Source: Giardia intestinalis (taxonomy: Eukaryota). From it: a DNA stretch of 64,000 bases. Numbering within the stretch: position 1 is the first letter of the stretch; each line of letters starts with the position of its first letter. This document shows positions 10,630 through 19,525 of this stretch, piece by piece. The position numbers and the translations under genes were made by a program. The notes beneath the pieces were generated by a model that saw nothing but the letters and a program-made list of their open reading frames with translations, had not been told where the DNA came from and did no database searches. The stretch lies in the NCBI GenBank assembly GCA_000002435.2, contig CM018790.1. The stretch is one strand, 5' to 3'.

Positions 10630-10713
10630 GGCCTTTATCAGTTTTGCCTTTTTTTCACCGAGGTTTTGCAACCATTGGCGGAAAATCTGTACTTTTTAGA
10701 TATTACATGTGCA

Positions 10714-11145
10714 ATGGCCATTGTTGGCCAAATGTACCCCGAACTGAATGCACTGTCCAACGCATATGCGGTCGACATGGCCATTCAGCACGAGTCTGCG
10801 AGGATCGTTGTAGTACGCTTCGGGCTCCCTGACACCGCTGCCTGCGCTGAGATGGACGAGCTTCTTGCCGAAACGATGGTGCGTCTGTCACGGATGGCCA
10901 TCTTTTACACCGTTGACCGAAATGTTGTGTCAGGATTTGATGAGCTGTATGAGCTAGAGGATGATGATTTTGCGCTCCTCTTCTATTATAGAGGAAGACG
11001 GATGCAGTGTGATTTCGGACGATTTGGAAAGTACAAGTTGACCGTTGTCCCACCAAGCACAGACACCTTCATTGACGTGATCAGCGAATTGTACTATAAT
11101 GCGCAGCTGGGACGGTTTAGCTGTACGTCTCCCTGGCAGCCATGA
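10714..11145 (+). CDS. Dim1 / TXNL4-family thioredoxin-like protein (U5 snRNP 15 kDa type)
   Basis: The ORF-track start at 10666 is TTG. In-frame ATGs lie at 10714 (MAIVGQ) and 10732 (MYPELNA..., which aligns with the canonical Dim1 N-terminus MSYMLPHL). The run ARIVVVRFGLPDTAACAEMDELLAETMVRLSRMAIFYTVDRNVVSGFDELYELEDDDFALLFYYRGRRMQCDFG aligns with Dim1's RVVVIRFGHDWDPTCMKMDEVLYSIAEKVKNFAVIYLVDITEVPDFNKMYELYDPCTVMFFFRNKHIMIDLG. Confidence 0.8.
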   Translation: MAIVGQMYPELNALSNAYAVDMAIQHESARIVVVRFGLPDTAACAEMDELLAETMVRLSRMAIFYTVDRNVVSGFDELYELEDDDFALLFYYRGRRMQCDFGRFGKYKLTVVPPSTDTFIDVISELYYNAQLGRFSCTSPWQP

Positions 11146-11169
11146 TCCAAAATTCTCAAAATCAGACTC

Positions 11170-14100
11170 ATGGCGGACAACGAGTACACCCTTATTTCGC
11201 AGGTCTCTGCCACAGAAAACTGCAAAACTATGCTGGTTCAACATAATGGCACCGGGAATTATGCCTTTAAGTACTTTTATACCTCCTGGCCTGTTCCGAA
11301 TGCGCGCCTCAGGAGTTGCATGGACGCTTACCTGCAACTTACATGTCCACATATTATTCGCCTCCAGACATACTCCATAGATACAGCCTTCACCCTTGTC
11401 ACAGACATGACCAATGGGCCGAGCTTGCGTTCTCTCATTATTAAGCGTCGGATTGCCCAGCAATGGTTTACTTCAGTAGAGATTTGGCTGCTTATTACTC
11501 AACTGTTAGAAGGGGTTAAAGCCTACCAGAGCTTTTATGCTCGTGTAGGCGCAGCCGCTGATACGCCGCCCAATCTTTTTCTTTCCCCGTTCTTCATTCT
11601 TATAAGTGATGAAGAGCGGATGAAGCTTCAGATTACAGAGTTCTATCAGACCCTCTTACTTCCCAGTGTCCAACGGCTTTATGCCACGTCGGGTGTTGCG
11701 CCCCCAGAGGTTTCAAAGCACCTGCCCATCAGTGCTTCTGCAGACATATGGATGATCGGTGCAATTCTTTATGAACTACTGACTTTACAACAATTGGATC
11801 TAGATCGATTGATTGAGCTGAACAGTGATGTGGTCACACTGGCCAAAATTGATAATCTGTATCCAATAGATTATGAGCCCTTGGAGCCATACCAATCTGT
11901 AGCAGTATATAGTTTTCTTGATCATGGAAAAGCTTTTCGTTACAGAGAGCTCTATTCACTGCTCTCATGCATGCTCATCATAAACCCCGATAAAAGGCCG
12001 CCTGTAGAGCTCCTTTTAGATTACGCTCTATTGCACACTCCGGCTCTTGTGCAACCAGGATCACCAGGGTCTTCCCTTTCAAGGCCAGAAGATGGACATG
12101 TGCCAAGAGAAAAAGGAGGCAACGATGCAGCTATCCAGAGTTCTATAATAGTCGGGTCTGATGCTCCAGATGCCACTCTACAAAATACTCTTCTTGTTGG
12201 CGTGAAAACGGAGTTGCACAAGGCCGTCGAAGAAAACAATCTTGACAAATTGTTTATGAACCTCCAGTTTGCACGATCTACCGACATAGACGGAAACACC
12301 GCTCTTGTATATGCCATAAAGGCTAACAATGAAGATGCAGTGAAGATCTTGGCACAGGAGGAAATCGGCGTTCTCACAGGAGAGGGATATTCTCCTCTTC
12401 ACTTAGCTCTGCTTCTCAATCACATACAGCTAGCGAAGTATCTAGACGCCTCCTACGATCTGCAGTTTCTTCATGGGGTGGAGCTATGGGTTGATGAGCA
12501 TGGGGTTAGTAACCTAATGCGCTGCGTTTGCGAGCGGAATCTCGTTGGGGTATACTATTATTCAGATAAGCAACAGAAGTTGCAAGATTATGACGGCAAG
12601 ACTGCTCTGATTAAGGCTGTGTTGAATTATAATGAAGGACTCCCTGCCGGCCAGGAAGACGTCAATCTGGCAATTATAAGGCTCTTGCGATTGCACGAGG
12701 CAAGAATACAGGATAAGCGAGGGCGCACAGCACTAATGTACGCTGCAGAGTGTGGGTATCTAGCGGCCATTGACGTCCTCTCCGGCTCTGAGGCGGGAAT
12801 GCGCGACAACGAGGGTCACAACTCCCTTGAAATGGCGTTCTCCAACAGAAAACTCGAGGCTGCACGGCGGATGCTTCTATTGGAGCCGGTTCCCCATTCG
12901 TGCCCCGACCGCCAGGGACTCACAGACCTAATGAAGGCATGCATTGAGGAAGATGCTTTTTCGCTTTTCTGCCATATGACGCAGACCAGAGCCACAGATA
13001 TTAATGGTAATACAGCCCTCATGCACTGCGTTATTCACGACCGTCCAGAATTTATACCGGAACTCTCTGAAGAGTATAGAATGATTAACAGAATCACAGG
13101 GCATAGCGCTATGATGCTAGCAGTCCAGCTGGAGAGGCGTGCATGCTTTGAGGCCCTTATTAAGCATGAGTCCGGGCTTAAGTCCTCTAGCGGAATGACA
13201 GCGTTGATGATGTGTGCATCACAAGGCCTTAGGCCCTATGTCAATCGCCTTTTGAATATCGAGACCAATATCTTCAATGGCACGTGGAACGCAATGACGT
13301 ATGCAATAGCTGCTAACCATCACGAGATTATCGGCCTTTTGGCACCGTTAGAGCTCAACCTCTCAGCAGTGCTTAAGGACTACGACGCCCTCACTGACAC
13401 AGCCGCTGAGATTCAGCAGGAACTGGAGGGTGCTGCGTCTAGTGTACGATCCACAATATCTCTTAACTCAGGATATACCCCGCTTATGTTTGCCGCCCAG
13501 CAGGCGAACATAAACGCTGTGTGGGGACTAAGAGACAAGTATCTTGGTCGCAAAGATCAGCACGGTTTCACAGCTCTGATCTATGCCACTCGTGTCAAGT
13601 CCTTAGAATGCTGCAGGCTTCTGGTTGATGAGCGAGACATATTGTGCAATCAAGGCCTTTCTGCTTGGTTCTACGCCTATCAGAACGGATATCATGAGCC
13701 ACTGGACATAATCCGTCCCACGATAAAATATGCTAACACAGAACATCGGCTGACAGATCTTCATATGCTCATCCTACGGAATGAAGTGCCGCTGAGTTCG
13801 GTTCAACCAGGAGGTACTGTGTCTTCATCCTTGACAGCAGACAGCACCGTGCGTTCGAGTTCTGCAAAGTCTTCACTGCACCATAGAGACCCTCACGAGG
13901 GCCTTCAGTCAACTTATACACCTAACCGCTTCAGACGCAGTCAAGTAACCACCTCAGCCATTTTGTGTCCTAAGGAGTTATCAAACACTAGCAATATGAT
14001 ATCCTTAGAGTCCTCTCTTGTGCTTCCAGAAGACCCACCAACTAAGACGCAGCCAGATTATCTACAAGATGTTTCCACTCTTCTTTATCTGACAAAGCTG

Positions 14101-16026
14101 TATACCAAGTCTGGTGAAACAGCCCTTATGCTAGCGGCAAAGAGCTACAGAGGTAAGATGGACAAGAATCTACTCGCTCTCGAGGCAGGAATGCGGGATT
14201 CCTATGGAAGATTGGCATCGTGCATTGCCATAGAGCGTGGAAACACAGAGTTTCTCACTGAGGTTCTTCCGTATGAACGGGATGCTCTGATTGCAGATGG
14301 ATTCACAGACCTAATGCTTTCTATTCTTGAGGATGATTATGTTGCCCTGATGCACCACCTTAAGAATCCAGAACAGCAATGCGGTCAAGTCGTCATGTCA
14401 GCTTACACTGCGCTTAACATTTGCATATACTGTGGCAAGAATACGCTTATACCGCTTTTTCTGCCCTACGAAGCCGACATAGAAATCCACGACAAGCTTA
14501 AGCCGTTGGACCTCGCCTATGCGACCCGCAACGTCGAGGCCATACTTCTCTTAATGCCTTACACATACACGGGAGGGCGACTGGCACTCTCCCAGTGCCT
14601 TTCCAACCTCATTCGAGCAGCCATGAAGGAGCAGCGTCTTTCAGATACAAGAGCATATGACCTTCTAGCAGCATTTCACAGCTCAAACTATCGCCAGCTC
14701 AAGGAGGCTCTTCAGAGTAACGACATTCAAAGCATGAAGGCGTTCAAGGAGCTGGCAGATAGTTTCCAGGCCGTTGCTTTGAATATTGAATACCTTGTTC
14801 TCCCAGACGCTGTCTTTGATGACAATGGAAACTCTCAACTACACATCGCTGCCCTGGCTGCAGATACACGTCTTGCAGCTGCGTTTGTACATCTGCATAG
14901 TTTGCGCAACAAAAAGGGAGAAACAGCGCTCATGCTCGCCGCTCGAAGCGGTTCTGAAGCCGTGGTCGACATCCTTCTAAACTACGAGGCGGAGATGCAG
15001 GACAACAACAAAATGACGGCAACGGAACATAGCATTGTGAGCGGCACATTCCACAAAGTTCTGAACCTGTATACACGGGAGAAGGCCTTTCTCGTTAACG
15101 AGTGTGAGCTTTCTCCTCTCATGCTTGCTGTTTTGGAAGGAGACATTAAAACTGTGAGCGCCGGCCTCAAGTATGCAAAGCTGCGCACATCGTCTGGAAT
15201 GACTGCTTTGCATATGGCTATCTACCTCCGGCAGCAAGCACACGCCAATCTCCTCAAGATGGAGAAAGGAATCCTCACATACGATGGCTTGTCACCGTGG
15301 TTCTTAGCTAAAGAGAAGCGCATGGCACATGATTTCTTAGAACCTGACTCCACGGTAGATGCATTGGGCTGTACAGAGCTCCATCGGGCTGCAATCCAGA
15401 ACAATTCGCAACAAGTAAGGAACTACTTACCTCTTGCGCAACAATATAATGCAAATGGTCGCACCTCTCTTATGGAAGCGGCTCTTGCCGGTTCACTAGA
15501 CGCCGCGAAGATACTCGTCGACCATGAACACGGAATGCGGGCAAGGGCCCGTTTCGTTGTGGGCAATAGCTACTTTGATGAAGCCACTGCATTAATGTTT
15601 GCTGCCGCTGCAGGGCATGAGAGCATTGTACGGCTTCTGATCCCCTACGAGTGTAAGATGCACGAGTCGTGCAACGGAAAGACGGCGCTGATGGCTGCCG
15701 CGGCAGCGGGTCACCTTTCCACCCTTAAACTCCTGATTGATAGCGAGGGAGGGCTTACAGGCCAAAATGGCTGGACCGCGCTGATGTCTGTAGTCTCTAA
15801 GCAGTACGTTGATTGCGTCGCTCCCCTGTTGGAGAAGGAGGCAGGAATGCGGGATTCTCAGGGAAACTGCGCTCTTGTGACAGCAATAAGCAACGGGAAC
15901 ATGGACATCGTACGGGTGTTAGCTCCAATTGAGGCGAAGATAATGGGGAAATCTACTCTCATGCGCATCTGGAAGAGCAACATAGCATACGACGAGATAG
16001 TTCGGTATGTTAACAAGCTACTATGA
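11170..16026 (+). CDS. Ankyrin-repeat protein (Giardia protein 21.1 type) with an N-terminal NEK-like pseudokinase domain
   Basis: 1618 aa. The N-terminal ~250 aa have a kinase fold signature (AFK lysine, LVTDM hinge, APPEV, DIWMIGAILYELLT). The HRD catalytic loop is replaced by ADTPPNLFLSP and DFG by EFY, so it is predicted inactive. More than 25 ankyrin repeats follow (GNTALVYAIKANNEDAVKILA, GRTALMYAAECGYLAAIDVL, GKTALMAAAAAGHLSTLKLL...). Confidence 0.85.
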   Translation: MADNEYTLISQVSATENCKTMLVQHNGTGNYAFKYFYTSWPVPNARLRSCMDAYLQLTCPHIIRLQTYSIDTAFTLVTDMTNGPSLRSLIIKRRIAQQWFTSVEIWLLITQLLEGVKAYQSFYARVGAAADTPPNLFLSPFFILISDEERMKLQITEFYQTLLLPSVQRLYATSGVAPPEVSKHLPISASADIWMIGAILYELLTLQQLDLDRLIELNSDVVTLAKIDNLYPIDYEPLEPYQSVAVYSFLDHGKAFRYRELYSLLSCMLIINPDKRPPVELLLDYALLHTPALVQPGSPGSSLSRPEDGHVPREKGGNDAAIQSSIIVGSDAPDATLQNTLLVGVKTELHKAVEENNLDKLFMNLQFARSTDIDGNTALVYAIKANNEDAVKILAQEEIGVLTGEGYSPLHLALLLNHIQLAKYLDASYDLQFLHGVELWVDEHGVSNLMRCVCERNLVGVYYYSDKQQKLQDYDGKTALIKAVLNYNEGLPAGQEDVNLAIIRLLRLHEARIQDKRGRTALMYAAECGYLAAIDVLSGSEAGMRDNEGHNSLEMAFSNRKLEAARRMLLLEPVPHSCPDRQGLTDLMKACIEEDAFSLFCHMTQTRATDINGNTALMHCVIHDRPEFIPELSEEYRMINRITGHSAMMLAVQLERRACFEALIKHESGLKSSSGMTALMMCASQGLRPYVNRLLNIETNIFNGTWNAMTYAIAANHHEIIGLLAPLELNLSAVLKDYDALTDTAAEIQQELEGAASSVRSTISLNSGYTPLMFAAQQANINAVWGLRDKYLGRKDQHGFTALIYATRVKSLECCRLLVDERDILCNQGLSAWFYAYQNGYHEPLDIIRPTIKYANTEHRLTDLHMLILRNEVPLSSVQPGGTVSSSLTADSTVRSSSAKSSLHHRDPHEGLQSTYTPNRFRRSQVTTSAILCPKELSNTSNMISLESSLVLPEDPPTKTQPDYLQDVSTLLYLTKLYTKSGETALMLAAKSYRGKMDKNLLALEAGMRDSYGRLASCIAIERGNTEFLTEVLPYERDALIADGFTDLMLSILEDDYVALMHHLKNPEQQCGQVVMSAYTALNICIYCGKNTLIPLFLPYEADIEIHDKLKPLDLAYATRNVEAILLLMPYTYTGGRLALSQCLSNLIRAAMKEQRLSDTRAYDLLAAFHSSNYRQLKEALQSNDIQSMKAFKELADSFQAVALNIEYLVLPDAVFDDNGNSQLHIAALAADTRLAAAFVHLHSLRNKKGETALMLAARSGSEAVVDILLNYEAEMQDNNKMTATEHSIVSGTFHKVLNLYTREKAFLVNECELSPLMLAVLEGDIKTVSAGLKYAKLRTSSGMTALHMAIYLRQQAHANLLKMEKGILTYDGLSPWFLAKEKRMAHDFLEPDSTVDALGCTELHRAAIQNNSQQVRNYLPLAQQYNANGRTSLMEAALAGSLDAAKILVDHEHGMRARARFVVGNSYFDEATALMFAAAAGHESIVRLLIPYECKMHESCNGKTALMAAAAAGHLSTLKLLIDSEGGLTGQNGWTALMSVVSKQYVDCVAPLLEKEAGMRDSQGNCALVTAISNGNMDIVRVLAPIEAKIMGKSTLMRIWKSNIAYDEIVRYVNKLL

Positions 16027-16049
16027 GGTGACAACCATTTACATTTGAG

Positions 16050-18239
16050 CTAATACCGATACTCTCCAGAACCCACCGAAGCCATCAGATCTCTCATCTG
16101 GTTCTTTGTAAGTCTCTCACTCGCACGGGAAACTGCCAAGGGACTTGCTGTGATGGACATGGCCGGAACCGATGGCGATCGCGGGTGACTGCGGTGGGAG
16201 GCGGAAGTATCCTGTGGCTGCGCATGAATAGAGAAGCTCACAGAGCGATCAATCAGCCCTCTGTTCTCCATTGCTGTCGCTATATCTCTATCCGCGCGAT
16301 CCATTACATATGTACTGCTAGGTGGAGGCGCACAGGATCGATCAAACCCTCCATATCCATAGCCATTTCCTCTGCTAGAGCTTCCAGACAGCCTATTTGC
16401 CTCGCGTGCTGCATCCTCTATTTGATTGCTAATTGCATCTTCCATAACTGCACGGTTTTCTAGGAGCTGGATTCTTCGTCGGGCTCGCTCTGCCCGCTCA
16501 TTCCGCTCCCGTTCAAGTGCTGCCTCAGTTTCCCTCAAAATACGGAGCTTCTCCTCAGCTTCTTTCCGTGTATTCTGCGACTCTATAGCAAGCTGGTCGA
16601 CTACCCGTCTCGTGCTCTCTATTTCTGCTTCCTTGCAGCGTATATTTCCTTGCAGCCTTTGCATATCACGTTCAAGCTGCATATTTCGACGCTCTCGCTC
16701 GTCCATGGACTCTGTCATGATTACAATGCGAGACTTTAGATTGGCCACCTCGTTTATCCGCTGCTCCAGCTCTCCCTCGCATTGCTTCAGGGAGCTAAGT
16801 AAACTATTGAATTCTCTGCACTTAGTATCATGAACGACCTTTAGATCTGTGAGGTTGTCATAGAGGTCCGACACTCTTCTGTTGAGGCCCTCAATGTCTC
16901 CTTCCATTAAGTTTTTGTCCGCTTGAAGGGATGCCACTTGACCTTGTAGTGCTGTGCACTCGCTGCTCTTGCGCATCATGCCGTCCTTTATTTCTCCGTT
17001 GATTTTCTGCAACTCGCAGCAGGTGTCGGAAAGGGTGCGCAGGTCTGTCCTCAGCTCTTTGATTATTTCAGCCATTGTTTTCTTGCCAGTTGCTGAGAGA
17101 AATGCCCACTTATTACGTATCTGCTTCGACGGAGGCCCGGCCCCGCTTATGGACTTGACGAAATTGCACTCCAGATAAATAGCAGACTTAAGAGCGAGAA
17201 GAGTGATGGCATCCTGGCTTCGCATGCTGTTGTACGTTGTGTTATCGATTAGACTAGCTATCTCGGCTATATCATCGGGGCGCAACTTGTTGACAGAACT
17301 ATTGATATTGTCATTGTCGCTTGAAATTTTGTGTCCATACCCTCTTCTGCTTTTCGTCAGCTCCAGAAGTCTACCAACAAAAACAGCTGCCTTACATATG
17401 CTGCGCAACTTCGAGACAGCCTTTGGCGTGCCCTCAAGGATTCGTCGCATACGAAGAGTCTCGTCCAAGAGTAGCTCAAAATGACCAGTGGTGAAGTCCT
17501 TTTGCCGTCGTAGCTCAGCTACCACTCTGTCCAGCTGGAGCACTTTCTTCGCAAGCTCTTTTGTTGCTGTCAGCGACTGGTTCGCTATTTGCTCATTAAG
17601 CAGAACGGCCCTGCTCAGCATCTCATTCTCCTTACGCACAACAGTGAGCTGTGTATCTAAGCCTGACGCTAGCTGCTCTGCTTTCTCTGTGCGGTCCTGA
17701 AGCACCTTAGTGTTCTCAGTAGCAGCATCAACGCGCCGCTGAAGGTCACTCGACAGCTGCATCTGACCGGAAAGTTGCTGCTGGAGATCAGCAGCTTGCT
17801 TATTCGCGGAAAAAAGCGCGGCTCTGAGAGTTTGTATCTCTTTCTCCTGCTCCTCAGCACGAGTGAGCGAAGCCATGTGCTCTGCACGCAAGATATTTGC
17901 ATGTTCCAGCAATCTCTTAACCTCCATGTCCTTCTCCTGTACTTCCCTTTCCAAAACAACCTTGCGTGCAGAGGTTCGTGAGAGTGCATTTTCTAGTGCA
18001 TCCACCCGTGCAGACTCCTTTAGCTGCTGCATTCGCAGGTTTTCCAAGTCTATCTCCTTCTGCACCGCTGCCGCTTTGACTTCATTCAGGAGCACACGCT
18101 GTTGCTCGAGGGCCAGTATTGATTCCTTATCGATCAGCTCCTGGCGCAGCTCCATGTGTTCTGTGTCAGCTCTCGACGAGCCTTGAACCTGCGTCATATG
18201 GAGCGATGTGTCCATGGGTACCATGCGAGACGTGCGCAT
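16050..18239 (-). CDS. Coiled-coil protein (729 aa), the longer paralog of 9334..10629
   Basis: ATG start. The N-terminus HMELRQELIDKESILALEQQRVLLNEV...ARVDALENALSRTSARKVVLEREV parallels the paralog's HLELRQDLVDRESILALQQQRERLHEV...ARVDALEGALARTSARKTLLEKEL. It carries an extra, apparently non-coiled central segment of ~150 aa. Confidence 0.75.
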   Translation of the reverse strand: MRTSRMVPMDTSLHMTQVQGSSRADTEHMELRQELIDKESILALEQQRVLLNEVKAAAVQKEIDLENLRMQQLKESARVDALENALSRTSARKVVLEREVQEKDMEVKRLLEHANILRAEHMASLTRAEEQEKEIQTLRAALFSANKQAADLQQQLSGQMQLSSDLQRRVDAATENTKVLQDRTEKAEQLASGLDTQLTVVRKENEMLSRAVLLNEQIANQSLTATKELAKKVLQLDRVVAELRRQKDFTTGHFELLLDETLRMRRILEGTPKAVSKLRSICKAAVFVGRLLELTKSRRGYGHKISSDNDNINSSVNKLRPDDIAEIASLIDNTTYNSMRSQDAITLLALKSAIYLECNFVKSISGAGPPSKQIRNKWAFLSATGKKTMAEIIKELRTDLRTLSDTCCELQKINGEIKDGMMRKSSECTALQGQVASLQADKNLMEGDIEGLNRRVSDLYDNLTDLKVVHDTKCREFNSLLSSLKQCEGELEQRINEVANLKSRIVIMTESMDERERRNMQLERDMQRLQGNIRCKEAEIESTRRVVDQLAIESQNTRKEAEEKLRILRETEAALERERNERAERARRRIQLLENRAVMEDAISNQIEDAAREANRLSGSSSRGNGYGYGGFDRSCAPPPSSTYVMDRADRDIATAMENRGLIDRSVSFSIHAQPQDTSASHRSHPRSPSVPAMSITASPLAVSRASERLTKNQMRDLMASVGSGEYRY

Positions 18240-18386
18240 TTAGAAGGAAGGCAAAAGTTAGCAGACTTTATTAAAAGTTGTCTATGTGCTCAATAAAATA
18301 TTAGCTCACGGCTACGGAGGGATTGTTGAAAAACTTCGCAGCCCTTAGCAGTATACCAAAGCTTTATTAAATTGTTCGTTGAGCAG

Positions 18387-19496
18387 ATGCCTCTTCTGTC
18401 TGTCAATAGTTGGTTTGGAACCAAGTCTCCCTTCTTCACTCAGAATATGCGGCACTGCGTGCCTAACCCAGGGGTTATCCTCATAATGTCGCTTTTGTTT
18501 ACCGGATCAATAATTTTCCTAATAATCAGCGCGATAGCTTTTTCGTTCAATTCTGCACAAGCATATGGGATAGCACACTACTCTACACCTTCATCTGGAG
18601 CATCTTCTCAAACAGAGCCAGTGACTGTTACTCTCGAACGATTTAATGTGGAAAAGCCCCTTTACGTATACTACCATCTACAAGACTTCCATCAGAACGT
18701 TCGGTTCTATGTCTCTAGCTTTAGTAGGAAGCAGCTCCAATCAGACAGCTTTAAAGCCGCTGGTCTGAACAAGGACTGCAATAAAGGGGGGACGGTAGTA
18801 GATGAGCCATGCGGCCTTATTTATCAATCCTTATTCAACGATACCTTGGCTAGTACCACAACAAACGAAGTAACCTTTTATATCACCAGCACAGACACCT
18901 CCGCAAATCCGTCTCAACCTATAAAGGTTCAGTTGCCTATTAATACAACGGGGATTGCCTGGAAGGAGGACATCAAGAGCACTAGAATGTATGGAAAGGC
19001 ATTCCAAGCTCTTCCAAATAGTGAAGCTGTTGCAGTATGGATGCGAACAGCACCCCTAAGTACATTTGACAAGCTTTACGGACGGTTCACTGCAGAGCAA
19101 CTCAAGGCCCTCGTCACAGACTCTTACACAGCGGAAACCATATATGATGCTTCGAAGGCTGGCGGTGTAACCGTGGAGTTTTCGGTGACAAATAACTTTC
19201 CATACGGGAAGAAGTCCATTGTGCTGCAGCAAATGACCGTTTTCGGAGGATACTATGAAACAAGGAACTTAGCAATCTTATCTATAATCTTAGGGTGTGT
19301 CATGTTTATCTGCGGACTTACTCTTCTCATCATCTTCCTCGAACGCGGACCGCGGAGTGCCAAGTATAAGACAGTCTTAGAACAGTATCCTATAGTTACC
19401 AATAGCAGCATTCTCCTGTCTGAGCTCGAAAGGATGGGGGACGAGAAGGTCCGCAGAACCATACGCCAGGTAAAGGCCGAAATGGGACTCAAGTGA
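18387..19496 (+). CDS. CDC50/LEM3 (TMEM30) family protein, beta-subunit of P4-ATPase lipid flippases
   Basis: The ORF-track start at 18372 is TTG and the first ATG is at 18387 (MPLLSV...). N-terminal TM (ILIMSLLFTGSIIFLIISAIAF). Family motif PLYVYYHLQDFHQNVRFYVSS (PxYVYYxLxNFYQNHRRYV in other members). C-terminal TM (LAILSIILGCVMFICGLTLLIIFL). Confidence 0.8.
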   Translation: MPLLSVNSWFGTKSPFFTQNMRHCVPNPGVILIMSLLFTGSIIFLIISAIAFSFNSAQAYGIAHYSTPSSGASSQTEPVTVTLERFNVEKPLYVYYHLQDFHQNVRFYVSSFSRKQLQSDSFKAAGLNKDCNKGGTVVDEPCGLIYQSLFNDTLASTTTNEVTFYITSTDTSANPSQPIKVQLPINTTGIAWKEDIKSTRMYGKAFQALPNSEAVAVWMRTAPLSTFDKLYGRFTAEQLKALVTDSYTAETIYDASKAGGVTVEFSVTNNFPYGKKSIVLQQMTVFGGYYETRNLAILSIILGCVMFICGLTLLIIFLERGPRSAKYKTVLEQYPIVTNSSILLSELERMGDEKVRRTIRQVKAEMGLK

Positions 19497-19525
19497 CTCT
19501 AGAGGTAAACAAAACGCAGTGTGGT

